Source: Chthoniobacteraceae bacterium
GTDB taxonomy: Bacteria > Verrucomicrobiota > Verrucomicrobiia > Chthoniobacterales > Chthoniobacteraceae
Direction: 5' to 3'
Assembly (NCBI GenBank): GCA_040081625.1
Contig: JBEBGD010000015.1
Coordinates: 10,449-74,448 of the forward strand
Length of the DNA: 64,000 nt
Every line of letters begins with the position of its first letter. Within the stretch, counting starts at the first letter, position 1. Positions 28,813 through 37,611 of the stretch are shown here, in pieces. Below the pieces are notes generated by a model that worked only from the letters and a program-made list of their open reading frames with translations, made no database searches and was not told where the DNA came from. Both the position numbers and the translations under genes were made by a program.

Positions 28813-28911
28813 GTTCTTACTCTTGCTCCTACGCTTACTCTTACCCGGCGCGAGCGCGCCAACGGTTTTTCCACGCCGGGTAAGAGTCGGAAAATGAGTA
28901 AGAGTAGGAAC
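28813..28911. repeat. Inverted-repeat element with hexamer-periodic (TTACTC)n/(GAGTAA)n arms
   Basis: Arms 28813-28850 and 28874-28911, 30/38 identical as reverse complements; 23-nt loop. Confidence 0.85.
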
Positions 28912-29382
28912 TCACTGCTCCGGCTTCTTCTCCGGCGGCGGTGCCGGGGGCGGCTCTTCCTTCACCGGCAGCGGCACATCGTTCACATCGAAAAGCGGAT
29001 CGCCCGGCGTCGGCTTCACCGCGCTGCGCCTGGCCGGCCCGGTGAACAGCTTGTCGAGCTTGCGGTTCGTCACCACGCTGCCCGGCTTGGGCGTCGATTC
29101 CGCTGCGGCGGGGCGGAGGTCGTCGTTCGAGACGTAGCCGGTCACGCCGTTGTTCTGCATCACGCGGCTGAAACCCATCGCCCGCTTGATCAGCGTCACG
29201 CGGGTGCCGGCGGCGAGCATGTCGTCCGCGCCGAAAGTCTGTGCCGGCCCGAACTTGTAAAACGGCGCGCGGGCCGCGGTGATCTCGCAAGCCGTCCCCG
29301 GCGGAACATCCGGCCCCGATGCGCACGCCCCGAGTAGCGCGGCGAGGACCGGCACGATGACAGCGAGGGATCGGGAGTTCAT
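28912..29382 (-). CDS. Lipoprotein with SH3b-like domain
   Basis: Lipobox LLGAC; GTRVTLIKR.MGFSRV...GVTGYVSNDDL. Confidence 0.7.
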   Translation of the reverse strand: MNSRSLAVIVPVLAALLGACASGPDVPPGTACEITAARAPFYKFGPAQTFGADDMLAAGTRVTLIKRAMGFSRVMQNNGVTGYVSNDDLRPAAAESTPKPGSVVTNRKLDKLFTGPARRSAVKPTPGDPLFDVNDVPLPVKEEPPPAPPPEKKPEQ

Positions 29383-29475
29383 GAACCCCACCTGCTCGCC
29401 CGAAAGCGCCTCGCGGGCAACTCCGCGCTACTTCCCGCTTGCCGCGCGTCCGCCGTCCCGCTGCTCTACGGACCG

Positions 29476-30774
29476 ATGAGTGCCGCCCACAATTCCCGCC
29501 GTTCGCTTTGGATTCTCATCGGCCTCGTCGTCGGTGCCGTGGCAGGCGTGATCGCGCAGGTCTGGTTCAGCGGCCCGGCGCTCACTGCCGCCGTGACCGA
29601 TGTCATCAAGCCGATCGGCTCGATTTTCCTGCGGATCATTTTCATGGTCGTCGTGCCGCTGATCATCTCGGCCATCGTGCTCGGCGTGGTGGAATTGGGA
29701 GACCCGCGCCGACTCGGCCGCGTCGGATTGCGCGCGGTCGCGATGACGCTGCTGCTCTCCGGCTTCAGCGTCGTGCTTGGGCTCACGCTGGTGAATGTCT
29801 TCGCGCCCGGCAAACGCATCCCGCCCGAAGTGCGCGACAAACTCATCGCCGCCTACACCGAGCAGGCGGGAGACAAAATCAAAGCCGCCGAGTCCGCGAA
29901 ACCGCTTTCGCAGACGCTGCTCGATCTCATCCCCGTCAATCCGCTCGAGGAATCGGTCAACGCCTTCAATCCCGACAAGGCCAACGGCGGCCTCATTGGC
30001 GTGATGATCTTCAGCCTCTTCATCGGCGTGGCCATGACGATGCTCCCCGCCGGCACCGAGGCGCCGCTGCGCAACGTGCTCGACGCGATCTTCCGCGTCT
30101 GCCTCCAGATCATCGACTTCGCCATGGTGCTCGCGCCGGTCTGCGTCGCGTGCCTGAGCTTCTCGCTCATGGCGACCACCGGCTGGGAGCTGCTCCACTC
30201 GCTGCTCGCGTATTTCCTCGTCGTAGTGGGCGGCATGGCGCTGCACCAGTTCGGCGTCTATGCCGTCGTTGTGAAAGTGCTCGGCGGAAAATCGCCGCGT
30301 GTGTTCTTCCGCGAGATTCGCGAGGCGATAGTCACCGCGTTCGGCACGTCATCGAGCAATGCGACGCTCCCCGTCTCGCTGCGCGTCGCCGAGACGGAAC
30401 TGAAACTGCCGCCGAAAATCTCGCGCTTCGTGCTGACGGTCGGCGCGAGCGCGAACCAGAACGGCACCGCGCTCTACGAAGGCGTGACGGTCCTCTTCCT
30501 CGCGCAGGTCTTCGGCGTCGAGCTCTCGCTAGCGCAGCAGTTCGTCGTCGCGCTCATGTGCATCCTCGCAGGCGTCGGCACTGCCGGCGTGCCCGGCGGC
30601 TCGCTGCCGCTGGTCGTCGGCGTGCTGATGACAATCAATGTGCCCGCCGCCTCCATCGCGATCATCCTCGGCATCGACCGCTTCCTCGACATGTGCCGCA
30701 CCGTGCTGAACGTCACCGGCGACCTCGTGATCGCGACGGTGATTTCGCGCGGCGCGCGAGAGGAAGATCGGTAG
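29476..30774 (+). CDS. Dicarboxylate/amino acid:cation symporter (DAACS, GltP-like)
   Basis: AFGTSSSNATLP, NQNGTALY, GTAGVPGG and DRFLDMCRTVLNVTGD motifs. Confidence 0.93.
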   Translation: MSAAHNSRRSLWILIGLVVGAVAGVIAQVWFSGPALTAAVTDVIKPIGSIFLRIIFMVVVPLIISAIVLGVVELGDPRRLGRVGLRAVAMTLLLSGFSVVLGLTLVNVFAPGKRIPPEVRDKLIAAYTEQAGDKIKAAESAKPLSQTLLDLIPVNPLEESVNAFNPDKANGGLIGVMIFSLFIGVAMTMLPAGTEAPLRNVLDAIFRVCLQIIDFAMVLAPVCVACLSFSLMATTGWELLHSLLAYFLVVVGGMALHQFGVYAVVVKVLGGKSPRVFFREIREAIVTAFGTSSSNATLPVSLRVAETELKLPPKISRFVLTVGASANQNGTALYEGVTVLFLAQVFGVELSLAQQFVVALMCILAGVGTAGVPGGSLPLVVGVLMTINVPAASIAIILGIDRFLDMCRTVLNVTGDLVIATVISRGAREEDR

Positions 30775-30780
30775 CGGCAT

Positions 30781-30899
30781 GGAGCGCTGGCGTCCCCGCC
30801 GGCCACAACACGGCAATGCGAAGCATCATACTTTGCCTCGTCGGGCCGAGATGGGCGCTGCGCGCGCTGGCGGGTGGCCGGCGGGGACGCCTGCGCTCC
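30781..30899. repeat. REP/REPIN-like inverted doublet (GGAG-headed)
   Basis: GGAGCGCTGGCGTCCCCGCCGGCCAC at 30781-30806 vs reverse complement at 30874-30899, 25/26 match; lies between convergent genes. Confidence 0.85.
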
Positions 30900-30900
30900 T

Positions 30901-32268
30901 TCAGACGTATTCGCGCGGGTCGGTGATGTGGCCGGTGAGCGCGCTCGCCGCGACCGTGTAAGGCGACGCGAGGAAAACCTGCGATTCCTTGTTCCCCATG
31001 CGGCCGGGAAAATTCCGGTTCGTCGCGGAGATGCATTTCATCGGCGTGTTGAGGCGGCCGAAGGTATCGACCGGACCGCCGAGACAAGCGGCACACGAAG
31101 CGTTTTCCGTCATGCGGACGCCGGCGCTTTCGAGGATGGACCACACGCTCTTGCCCTCCCACATCGTGTCCTTCAGCTCGCGCACGACCTTCGTCGTCGC
31201 TGGCACGCCGAAGGTGTCGATCTTCACCGTCTGGCCTTTCACGATGTGGGCGAAGGCGAGGAAGTCGCTCGTCTTGCCGCCGGTGCAGGAGCCGATGTAG
31301 GCGCGATCGAGCGTCACGTCCTTCAGCTCGCGCGCGGTCTTGCGCTGGCCCGGATCGGGATGGCACGCGACGGTCGGCTCGAGCTTCGTGAGATCGTAGG
31401 TCTTGTCGTAGCAAAACGACTGCTCGCGATCGATCTCGACAGGCTCGAACTCGCTCTTCGTGCCGTTCTCGGCGACGCGCTCGCGCACGTATTCGCCGGT
31501 CTTTTCGTCGTAGGGGAAGATGCCATTCTTGGCGCCGGCCTCGATCGCCATGTTCGCGATCGTCATGCGGTCGTCCATGTTCATCGAGTTCACGCCGGGG
31601 CCTTCCCACTGCATCGCGCGATAGGTCGCGCCGTCGAAGCCGATGTCGCCGATCACGTGCAGGATCACGTCCTTCGCCATCACGCCCGCGGGTAGTTCGC
31701 CCTCGAGGTAAAAGCGCATCGTCTCCGGCACCTTCAGCAGGATCTTCCCCGTGCCGAGCACGAAGCCCGCGTCGGTGTTGCCGATGCCGGTGGCGAATTG
31801 GTTGAACGCGCCCGCCATGCACGTGTGCGAGTCGGTGCCGACGAGCACTTCACCCGGTCGTAGATGGCCTTTCCAAGGCAGCGTCGTGTGGCAGACGCCC
31901 GTGTAGTTGTCCCCGTGCTGGCGATCGTGCAGCCCCTTCGATGCGTCGAATTTCCAGTGCCCGTTCGGGTCGTCGATCACGTCGTAGAAATACGGCAGCC
32001 CCTGCACGCGCACGAAGTCGCGCAGGATATCGACGTTGCGATTCGACATCGAGTCGGCGGTGAAAATGTAGTGGTCGGGGATGATGACGACCTTCTTCCG
32101 GTCCCACACCTTCGCGTCCTTTCCGAACTCGCGCTTGAAGACGCCGATCGTTCCCGGCCCGCACACGTCGTGGGTCATCAGCACATCGACATTCACCCAC
32201 ACGTTGTCCCCCGGCGCGACGTGCGCCTGTCCACCGGAGCGTGCGAGCAGCTTTTCAGTAAGTGTCAT
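30901..32268 (-). CDS. leuC: 3-isopropylmalate dehydratase large subunit
   Basis: MTLTEK, THDVCGPG, GTDSHTC, YIGSCTGG, CAACLGG and TNRNFPGRMG motifs. Confidence 0.93.
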   Translation of the reverse strand: MTLTEKLLARSGGQAHVAPGDNVWVNVDVLMTHDVCGPGTIGVFKREFGKDAKVWDRKKVVIIPDHYIFTADSMSNRNVDILRDFVRVQGLPYFYDVIDDPNGHWKFDASKGLHDRQHGDNYTGVCHTTLPWKGHLRPGEVLVGTDSHTCMAGAFNQFATGIGNTDAGFVLGTGKILLKVPETMRFYLEGELPAGVMAKDVILHVIGDIGFDGATYRAMQWEGPGVNSMNMDDRMTIANMAIEAGAKNGIFPYDEKTGEYVRERVAENGTKSEFEPVEIDREQSFCYDKTYDLTKLEPTVACHPDPGQRKTARELKDVTLDRAYIGSCTGGKTSDFLAFAHIVKGQTVKIDTFGVPATTKVVRELKDTMWEGKSVWSILESAGVRMTENASCAACLGGPVDTFGRLNTPMKCISATNRNFPGRMGNKESQVFLASPYTVAASALTGHITDPREYV

Positions 32269-32312
32269 TGGACTGGCAAACTGGCGCGCGGCTGTAACGG
32301 CGGCAAATGGAA

Positions 32313-35123
32313 TCACTGCCGCCCGGGGACGCGGGCGGACGATGGGAGCGGAGCGATGGGGAGACCTTCGCGGATGATTTCGATACCGCCGAGGATCGTC
32401 GCTCCGTCGCGCGCGGTGAGCGCGATCGTGAGCGCGCCGTCGGTCACGGCGACGTTCGGAATCGTCTTCGTGAGCACGCGCATCGCGCCGCCGGACTCGG
32501 TGAACACGTCGAGCCTCTCCAGCGCCACGCGGTCCTGCACGCGCACGTCGAAAACTCGTCCGCTCGCGACATCCGGTTCCGCAAAGACGAGCCGCACGGT
32601 GTAAGTGCCCGGCTTCAAACCCGAGATCGTCGCACTGCGCAGACCGCGCACGCCCGACGCCGCGACCCACGGCCAGCCTTCGCCGCCTTCGATCCAGACG
32701 GAGTGATGATAATACACGTCCGGCGCCGCGGGCTCGGTGCGCACAGCGATCTCGGGCGACGGACCGCCGACGGACGGGTGATCGAGCCACAGCGTGCCGT
32801 CGTCGGTTTTGCGATCGCCGGGCGCGCCGAAGTTGATGCCGATGCGCTCGATCTTCCCCGCGAGCGCGGCGGCGGGCACGGTGCCCCACGAGGTCCATTG
32901 CTCGAACGTCGGCGGCAGGCTCACGAGCGCGAGCGCCATCGGCAGCGGGTAGCTGCATGTGCAGCCTTCGTAAAAATACGGCACGCTCAGGATGCCGTTC
33001 GCGGGAACGATGCTGTTCGTGCAGCCGGAGCGCGGACCGCTGATGTGGATGGTGCCGCTGTCGAGCCGCTTGTCGTAAAACGCCGCGGTGCCCGAGCGCA
33101 TCGTGTAGATCGAGCCGTAGTCGAAGCCGCCGTCGCAGCCGTAGCTCTTCGGGAAGACGCGCGGCTCTTCTTCGCCGGTGAGCGGGTTCACGCGCATGCC
33201 GGCTTTCGGCGCGTCGGGCTTCCAGTCGTTCTTTTGCTGCGGCGGTCGGTATTGGCTGGGCTGGATCGTTTGCAGATCCGTTTTTGCAAAGCGCGTCCGC
33301 AAGTCCGCGGCCTCGTAATCGTCGAGCACGCGGCCCGTATAGACATCGCTGAAGACAGGCGGCAGCAGCCGGTAATCGACCGCACCCTTGCGAGTGGACG
33401 CGTCGAGCCAGTCCTTGTCGGAGGTGATCATCACACCATCGAGAATCCGCGGCTGCGGCGAGCGCTTGAAGTTGCTGACCATGTCGCCAAACCACAGCAC
33501 GCCGAGCGGCGCCTTCACGAGCGCGTCGTCGCTCGAGGTCCAGTCGGCGTTGTAGTTCGTGCTGCCTTCGAGCGCGCCTTCGCGCGTGATCACGGCGAGT
33601 CCGTTCGCGTGCAGCTTCGCGCTCGCGCGCGGAAGTTTTGCCTTCTCCGCAATCGCGAGCAGCGCCGCCGGGCCAACCATCTGCCCGCCGTAAGGCCGCA
33701 GCCACGCATACATTTTTTCCAGCGCCGCGGCGTCGGGCAGCGCGGCGTCGGGCGCGAACGCGATGAGGTTTGCGAAGTAGGGCGGCAAGCCGTGTGCGGC
33801 TTCGCGCACCGCGACGCGCTGGCCGTAGAGATGCGCGGACGCGAGTCGCTTTCGCGCGTCGGCGACTTTCGGCGCGATGGCGAGAATCCTGAGCTGGCCG
33901 CGCTCAGCCAGCGTCTCGAGAAAGCCCGACTCACCCAATCCGATGACCACCGCGTATCCGCGCTCCGCGCCGGACGCGTTCAGCACCTTCTCGGCGAACT
34001 GGTCATCGGTCTTCGGCGCGACGCGCTCGCGCTTCCAGTGCTTCGCTTCACCTGCTTCCGCGCCGAGCGCGGTGAGCCGGCCTTCCTCGGTCACGACAAA
34101 GCACTTCCCATCCGCCGCGATGACGCTGTGGACTTTGCCCGACACGCCAGGGAACGCCTCGTCGAAACTCCACTCGCGTTCGCCCGCGCGGAAGCTGCGC
34201 CGCACGCCCTCGTCGCCCTTCTGCCACGGCTTGTCCTCGTGCCGCTTCGCGTTGACTTCGCTGTCGAAGATCAGCCCGCGCCGCTTGAGCTTCTGCGCTT
34301 CCTTCGCCTCGGGCGTGGACGCGAACCATCCGCCCGGCAGCCGGCCCGCAGCGGGCAGCGCAAACTCCTTCAGCGCGCCGGTCGCGAGATCGAATCGCGC
34401 GGGATACGCCGAGCTGCTCGGCACGATGAGGTCGCCGTCGTCGATGAGCAGATAGCCCTGCGGCGCGATGCCGCCGAACGCCTCGGCATTGTGCGGATGC
34501 ACGCCGTAGATGTAGCCGGTGCGATCGTTCAGCCACACGACGCGCCCGGTCGCCGCGTCGAGGCAGTAAATGAACACGCCCTCCAGCGGCCACACGCCTG
34601 CGGCGAAATAGACGCGCCCCTCGCGCAGCACCGGCCCACCGCGCACCGGCCACACGGAGATGAGCCGCTCATTTCCGATGAGCTGCCGATCGTTCGGCAC
34701 CGCGCGCTTTTCCCACACCAGCCGCCCCGTGTCCGCGGCGACGCAGCGCACCACTCCGTCGTCGGAGCCGAAGATCACGCGCCCATCGCCCGCGACGGGC
34801 GCGAAGCGGACCGGCCCATCCGCGTGCGCGCGCCACAGCTCCGCGCCGGTGTCGGTGTCGAACGCCATCACGCAATCCTCGCGCGACGACGCGACGAAGA
34901 GCCGCTTGCCGAGCACGACCGGCTCGTAGCCGCGATCGAATTGCAGCCGCGTGTCGCGATAAGCGGGCGTGAGAGGCGGGAGTTCGCGCGACCAGAGCAC
35001 GCGCAGGTTTTCCGGCAGTGCGTCGGCGATTGTCGCGGTGCGGCCAGCGTCGGCGCGCCACATCGGCCAGTCGGCGGCGTTCGCGAGGCCGGAGAGGATG
35101 AGGAGAAGGAGCGGGAGTCTCAC
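32313..35123 (-). CDS. Secreted PQQ-binding-like beta-propeller protein with central Rossmann/methyltransferase-like region and C-terminal malectin-like domain
   Basis: ADWPMWRAD, propeller repeats DA.TG..vW; GYAVVIGLG; YTVRLVFAEP...RVFDVRVQ. Confidence 0.75.
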   Translation of the reverse strand: MRLPLLLLILSGLANAADWPMWRADAGRTATIADALPENLRVLWSRELPPLTPAYRDTRLQFDRGYEPVVLGKRLFVASSREDCVMAFDTDTGAELWRAHADGPVRFAPVAGDGRVIFGSDDGVVRCVAADTGRLVWEKRAVPNDRQLIGNERLISVWPVRGGPVLREGRVYFAAGVWPLEGVFIYCLDAATGRVVWLNDRTGYIYGVHPHNAEAFGGIAPQGYLLIDDGDLIVPSSSAYPARFDLATGALKEFALPAAGRLPGGWFASTPEAKEAQKLKRRGLIFDSEVNAKRHEDKPWQKGDEGVRRSFRAGEREWSFDEAFPGVSGKVHSVIAADGKCFVVTEEGRLTALGAEAGEAKHWKRERVAPKTDDQFAEKVLNASGAERGYAVVIGLGESGFLETLAERGQLRILAIAPKVADARKRLASAHLYGQRVAVREAAHGLPPYFANLIAFAPDAALPDAAALEKMYAWLRPYGGQMVGPAALLAIAEKAKLPRASAKLHANGLAVITREGALEGSTNYNADWTSSDDALVKAPLGVLWFGDMVSNFKRSPQPRILDGVMITSDKDWLDASTRKGAVDYRLLPPVFSDVYTGRVLDDYEAADLRTRFAKTDLQTIQPSQYRPPQQKNDWKPDAPKAGMRVNPLTGEEEPRVFPKSYGCDGGFDYGSIYTMRSGTAAFYDKRLDSGTIHISGPRSGCTNSIVPANGILSVPYFYEGCTCSYPLPMALALVSLPPTFEQWTSWGTVPAAALAGKIERIGINFGAPGDRKTDDGTLWLDHPSVGGPSPEIAVRTEPAAPDVYYHHSVWIEGGEGWPWVAASGVRGLRSATISGLKPGTYTVRLVFAEPDVASGRVFDVRVQDRVALERLDVFTESGGAMRVLTKTIPNVAVTDGALTIALTARDGATILGGIEIIREGLPIAPLPSSARVPGRQ

Positions 35124-35171
35124 GGGGGAAGTGTGCAGCGCCTACCTGCGCTGTGGCGAAACCTTTGCCGT

Positions 35172-35242
35172 GTTCTCGCCACGAAGGACACGAAGGTGGA
35201 GGTCTAATCTTCGTGGCCTTCGTGTGCTTCGTGGTTGAGAAC
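35172..35242. repeat. Inverted-repeat element with 9-nt periodic arms (CACGAAGga)n/(CTTCGTG)n
   Basis: GTTCTCGCCACGAAGGACACGAAGG at 35172-35196 vs CTTCGTGGCCTTCGTGTGCTTCGTGGTTGAGAAC at 35209-35242. Confidence 0.85.
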
Positions 35243-35252
35243 CACTTCGCTT

Positions 35253-36317
35253 ATGGGCCGCTCCCGCCTTTCTCCCACTCCGATCTTCATCGTCCTTTGC
35301 TTGTCTGGCATCGTCGTCGCGCTCGCGTGTCAGGTCCCGGTCTTTCGTTACGCGCTCGAGCGGTGGGCGCCGGCGGAGTATCTCGTCTCCGTCACGCCTT
35401 CCGGAGGCGGACTGACGGATTCGGAGAAAAAACTCGTCGAGGCTTTGCGCGCTGCGCCGGGCGATGCGGTGAATCCGGCGAACATCGAGGTGCAGGTCGA
35501 GGCACCCGGATCGAGCAGCCCCGCGCAGCTCGCGCTGCATTACCCGAACAAGCTCCGCGACGCTGCCGGGAAGCCGATCTGGCAGGTGCCGCTGAACGAC
35601 GAGAATGTGCGGCGCCTCGTCGATTCGCCTGCGCGACAGGAGCTGCGCCAGCGCTTGCTCGCCGGCGAGTCCGCGATCTGGGTGCTCGTGGAAAGCGGCG
35701 ACCGCGCGAAGGACGACGCGGCGTTCGCGGCGCTCGCGCAGTCGCTCGAGGAAGCGGCAGGATCGCTCAAGCTGCCCGATGGCGTCGTGACACAAGCGGC
35801 GGTGAAGTCGGGCACGCGCGTCAACGAGCAGGCGGACGTGCTTCGCACCGATTTGCCGTTGAAGATCAGCTTCTCCACGCTGCGCGTGCGGCGCGACGAT
35901 CCGGCGGAGGTCGTGCTGCTCGCCATGCTCACGCACATGGAGCCCGACCTCGGCGGTCTCGCGGGCGAGCCGATGGCCTTTCCCGTTTTCGGCCGGGGCC
36001 GCACGCTCGAACCGCTCGTCGGCGCGGGCATTCACAAGGGCAACGTCATCGAACACTCGACGTATCTCTGCGGCGCGTGTTCGTGCGAAGTGAAGGATCA
36101 GAATCCCGGCATCGACCTGCTCGTCGCCGCGAACTGGTCGCCGGTGGACACCACGCCGCAGCTCGAGATCATCCGCATCGCGCCGACCGCGGAGACGCCG
36201 CCCGCGCGGCGCACGCCGACCATCCCGATCGCCATCGTTGTCGCGCTGATCGCGCTCGCGTTCGTCGCGATGCGGCGCCGCTCACGGATTCGTCACTCCG
36301 ACTTCCGCCCGCGGTAG
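35253..36317 (+). CDS. Hypothetical exported Cys-motif protein with C-terminal TM anchor
   Basis: ALA-CQVPVFRYALERW; FPVFGRGR; CGACSCEVKDQNPG; C-terminal TM followed by RRRSR. Confidence 0.75.
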   Translation: MGRSRLSPTPIFIVLCLSGIVVALACQVPVFRYALERWAPAEYLVSVTPSGGGLTDSEKKLVEALRAAPGDAVNPANIEVQVEAPGSSSPAQLALHYPNKLRDAAGKPIWQVPLNDENVRRLVDSPARQELRQRLLAGESAIWVLVESGDRAKDDAAFAALAQSLEEAAGSLKLPDGVVTQAAVKSGTRVNEQADVLRTDLPLKISFSTLRVRRDDPAEVVLLAMLTHMEPDLGGLAGEPMAFPVFGRGRTLEPLVGAGIHKGNVIEHSTYLCGACSCEVKDQNPGIDLLVAANWSPVDTTPQLEIIRIAPTAETPPARRTPTIPIAIVVALIALAFVAMRRRSRIRHSDFRPR

Positions 36318-37480
36318 CTCACGGCGAACCACACGCCGACGAGCGCCGCCGCGCCGCTGACGCCGAACCAGAAGCGCGGCCAGTCCGTGCCGAGCGGTGT
36401 CGCACACGCGTTGCGCCACCAGCCATTGCTGAGGAAGCCGATGAAGCTGCCGACGCCCGTGAGCATCACGCTGAAAAGCGCCTGCGCCCGCGCGCGCATC
36501 GCGGGATCGACGCGCTGCTCGAGGTAGATCTGCGCGGTGATGAAAAACAGCGTGAACGCGAAGCCGTGCAGCGCGATGCCGGCGATCAGCCACGCCTTCG
36601 TGTCGAGCGCGCACAGCGCAAAGCGCAGCACGCCGAAGCCGACACCGACGAGGAAAACGCGCTTGAGCCGCAGCCGCGCGATGAGCCCGGCGAGCAGGAA
36701 CATCGAGATGAGTTCGCTGATCTGCCCGATGCCCATTACCGCCGTCGCGTGGTCCACGCCGAGATGCGTGAGATGGATCGGCGTGAACGGATAGAACGCC
36801 GCCATCGGGATGTTGTAGAGCGCGGCGGCGAGGAAGACGACGCGGTGATTCGGATCGCGGAAGAGCGCGAGCGCGGAGAAGCCGAATGCATCGCGCGGGC
36901 CGGTGCGCGCGGTCGGCGGGAGCGCGGGCAGCGCGTAGGTGAAAAGCGCGGTCACGATCCATGCGACGGCGCCCGCGTAGCCGCTCACCGTGGAGGCGTC
37001 CGCATTCAGGACGAAGCTCACGATCCAGCCCGCGGCCATCCAGCCAAAGGTCGCGAGCGAGCGCAGCGGCCCGAACTCGCGGCCCGCATCGCGCAGCTCG
37101 GCCATGACGATGCTCGTGCATAATCCGAAGAGCGGCGCCGCGCAGATCGCCTGCACCAGCGCCAGCGCGAGCACCGGCCCCACGCCCCAGCCGCGCTCGA
37201 TCGCGGTGAACATCAGCACGAGCGCGCCCGCCGTCATCATTGCCAGCCAGCGCACGAGCCGCAGCGGCGACACGGCTTGATCGGCCAGCGCGCCGACGGC
37301 GAGCGGCGAGATGAAGGCGGCGATGCCGCTGCACGCATAAGCGTAGCCGATGATGTGCTCGAGCCCGTGCGTTCGGAGCACGTTGCCGAAGTTCACATTC
37401 CACATTCCCAGCGCCGCGCCGCTCAGGAAAAAGAGCGTCGCGAGTTTCCAGCGTGGAGCGGTGGGATGAGAGTCGGGCAC
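36293..37480 (-). CDS. MFS transporter (nucleoside:H+ symporter-like)
   Basis: 12-TM pattern; GALADQ; FGPLRSLATFGW; GQISEL; GIALHGFAFTLFF; RARAQAL. Confidence 0.85.
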   Translation of the reverse strand: MPDSHPTAPRWKLATLFFLSGAALGMWNVNFGNVLRTHGLEHIIGYAYACSGIAAFISPLAVGALADQAVSPLRLVRWLAMMTAGALVLMFTAIERGWGVGPVLALALVQAICAAPLFGLCTSIVMAELRDAGREFGPLRSLATFGWMAAGWIVSFVLNADASTVSGYAGAVAWIVTALFTYALPALPPTARTGPRDAFGFSALALFRDPNHRVVFLAAALYNIPMAAFYPFTPIHLTHLGVDHATAVMGIGQISELISMFLLAGLIARLRLKRVFLVGVGFGVLRFALCALDTKAWLIAGIALHGFAFTLFFITAQIYLEQRVDPAMRARAQALFSVMLTGVGSFIGFLSNGWWRNACATPLGTDWPRFWFGVSGAAALVGVWFAVSYRGRKSE

Positions 37481-37515
37481 GAGGTGAAAGCGGACACGCT
37501 AGCGCATGACGCAAG

Positions 37516-37610
37516 CAAGGAGGGGCGGCGTCTCGCCGCCCTGAGCCCCAAAGGGGCTCCAAAGGGAGCCGCTATCGCGGCTCAGGGCGGCGAGACGCTG
37601 CCCCTCCTTG
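37516..37610. repeat. REP/REPIN-like inverted doublet (GGAG-headed)
   Basis: Arms 37516-37547 and 37579-37610, 31/32 match. Confidence 0.88.
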
Positions 37611-37611
37611 G

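Noticed and set aside
30901..33705. Apparent large N-terminal fusions on LeuC, DeoC, IlvB, PolX, the PHP phosphatase and others in the ORF track
   Set aside because: The extensions overlap neighbouring genes in other frames; true starts lie at family-typical N-termini.
32307..35207. Very long antisense or alternate-frame ORFs (e.g. 32307-35207 +, 18496-20661 +, 4872-6938 -, 24883-26712 +)
   Set aside because: Shadow ORFs of real genes in stop-poor high-GC DNA, with no recognisable motifs.
36293..36317. 25-nt convergent overlap of two genes
   Set aside because: Short 3' overlaps are common in compact high-GC genomes.
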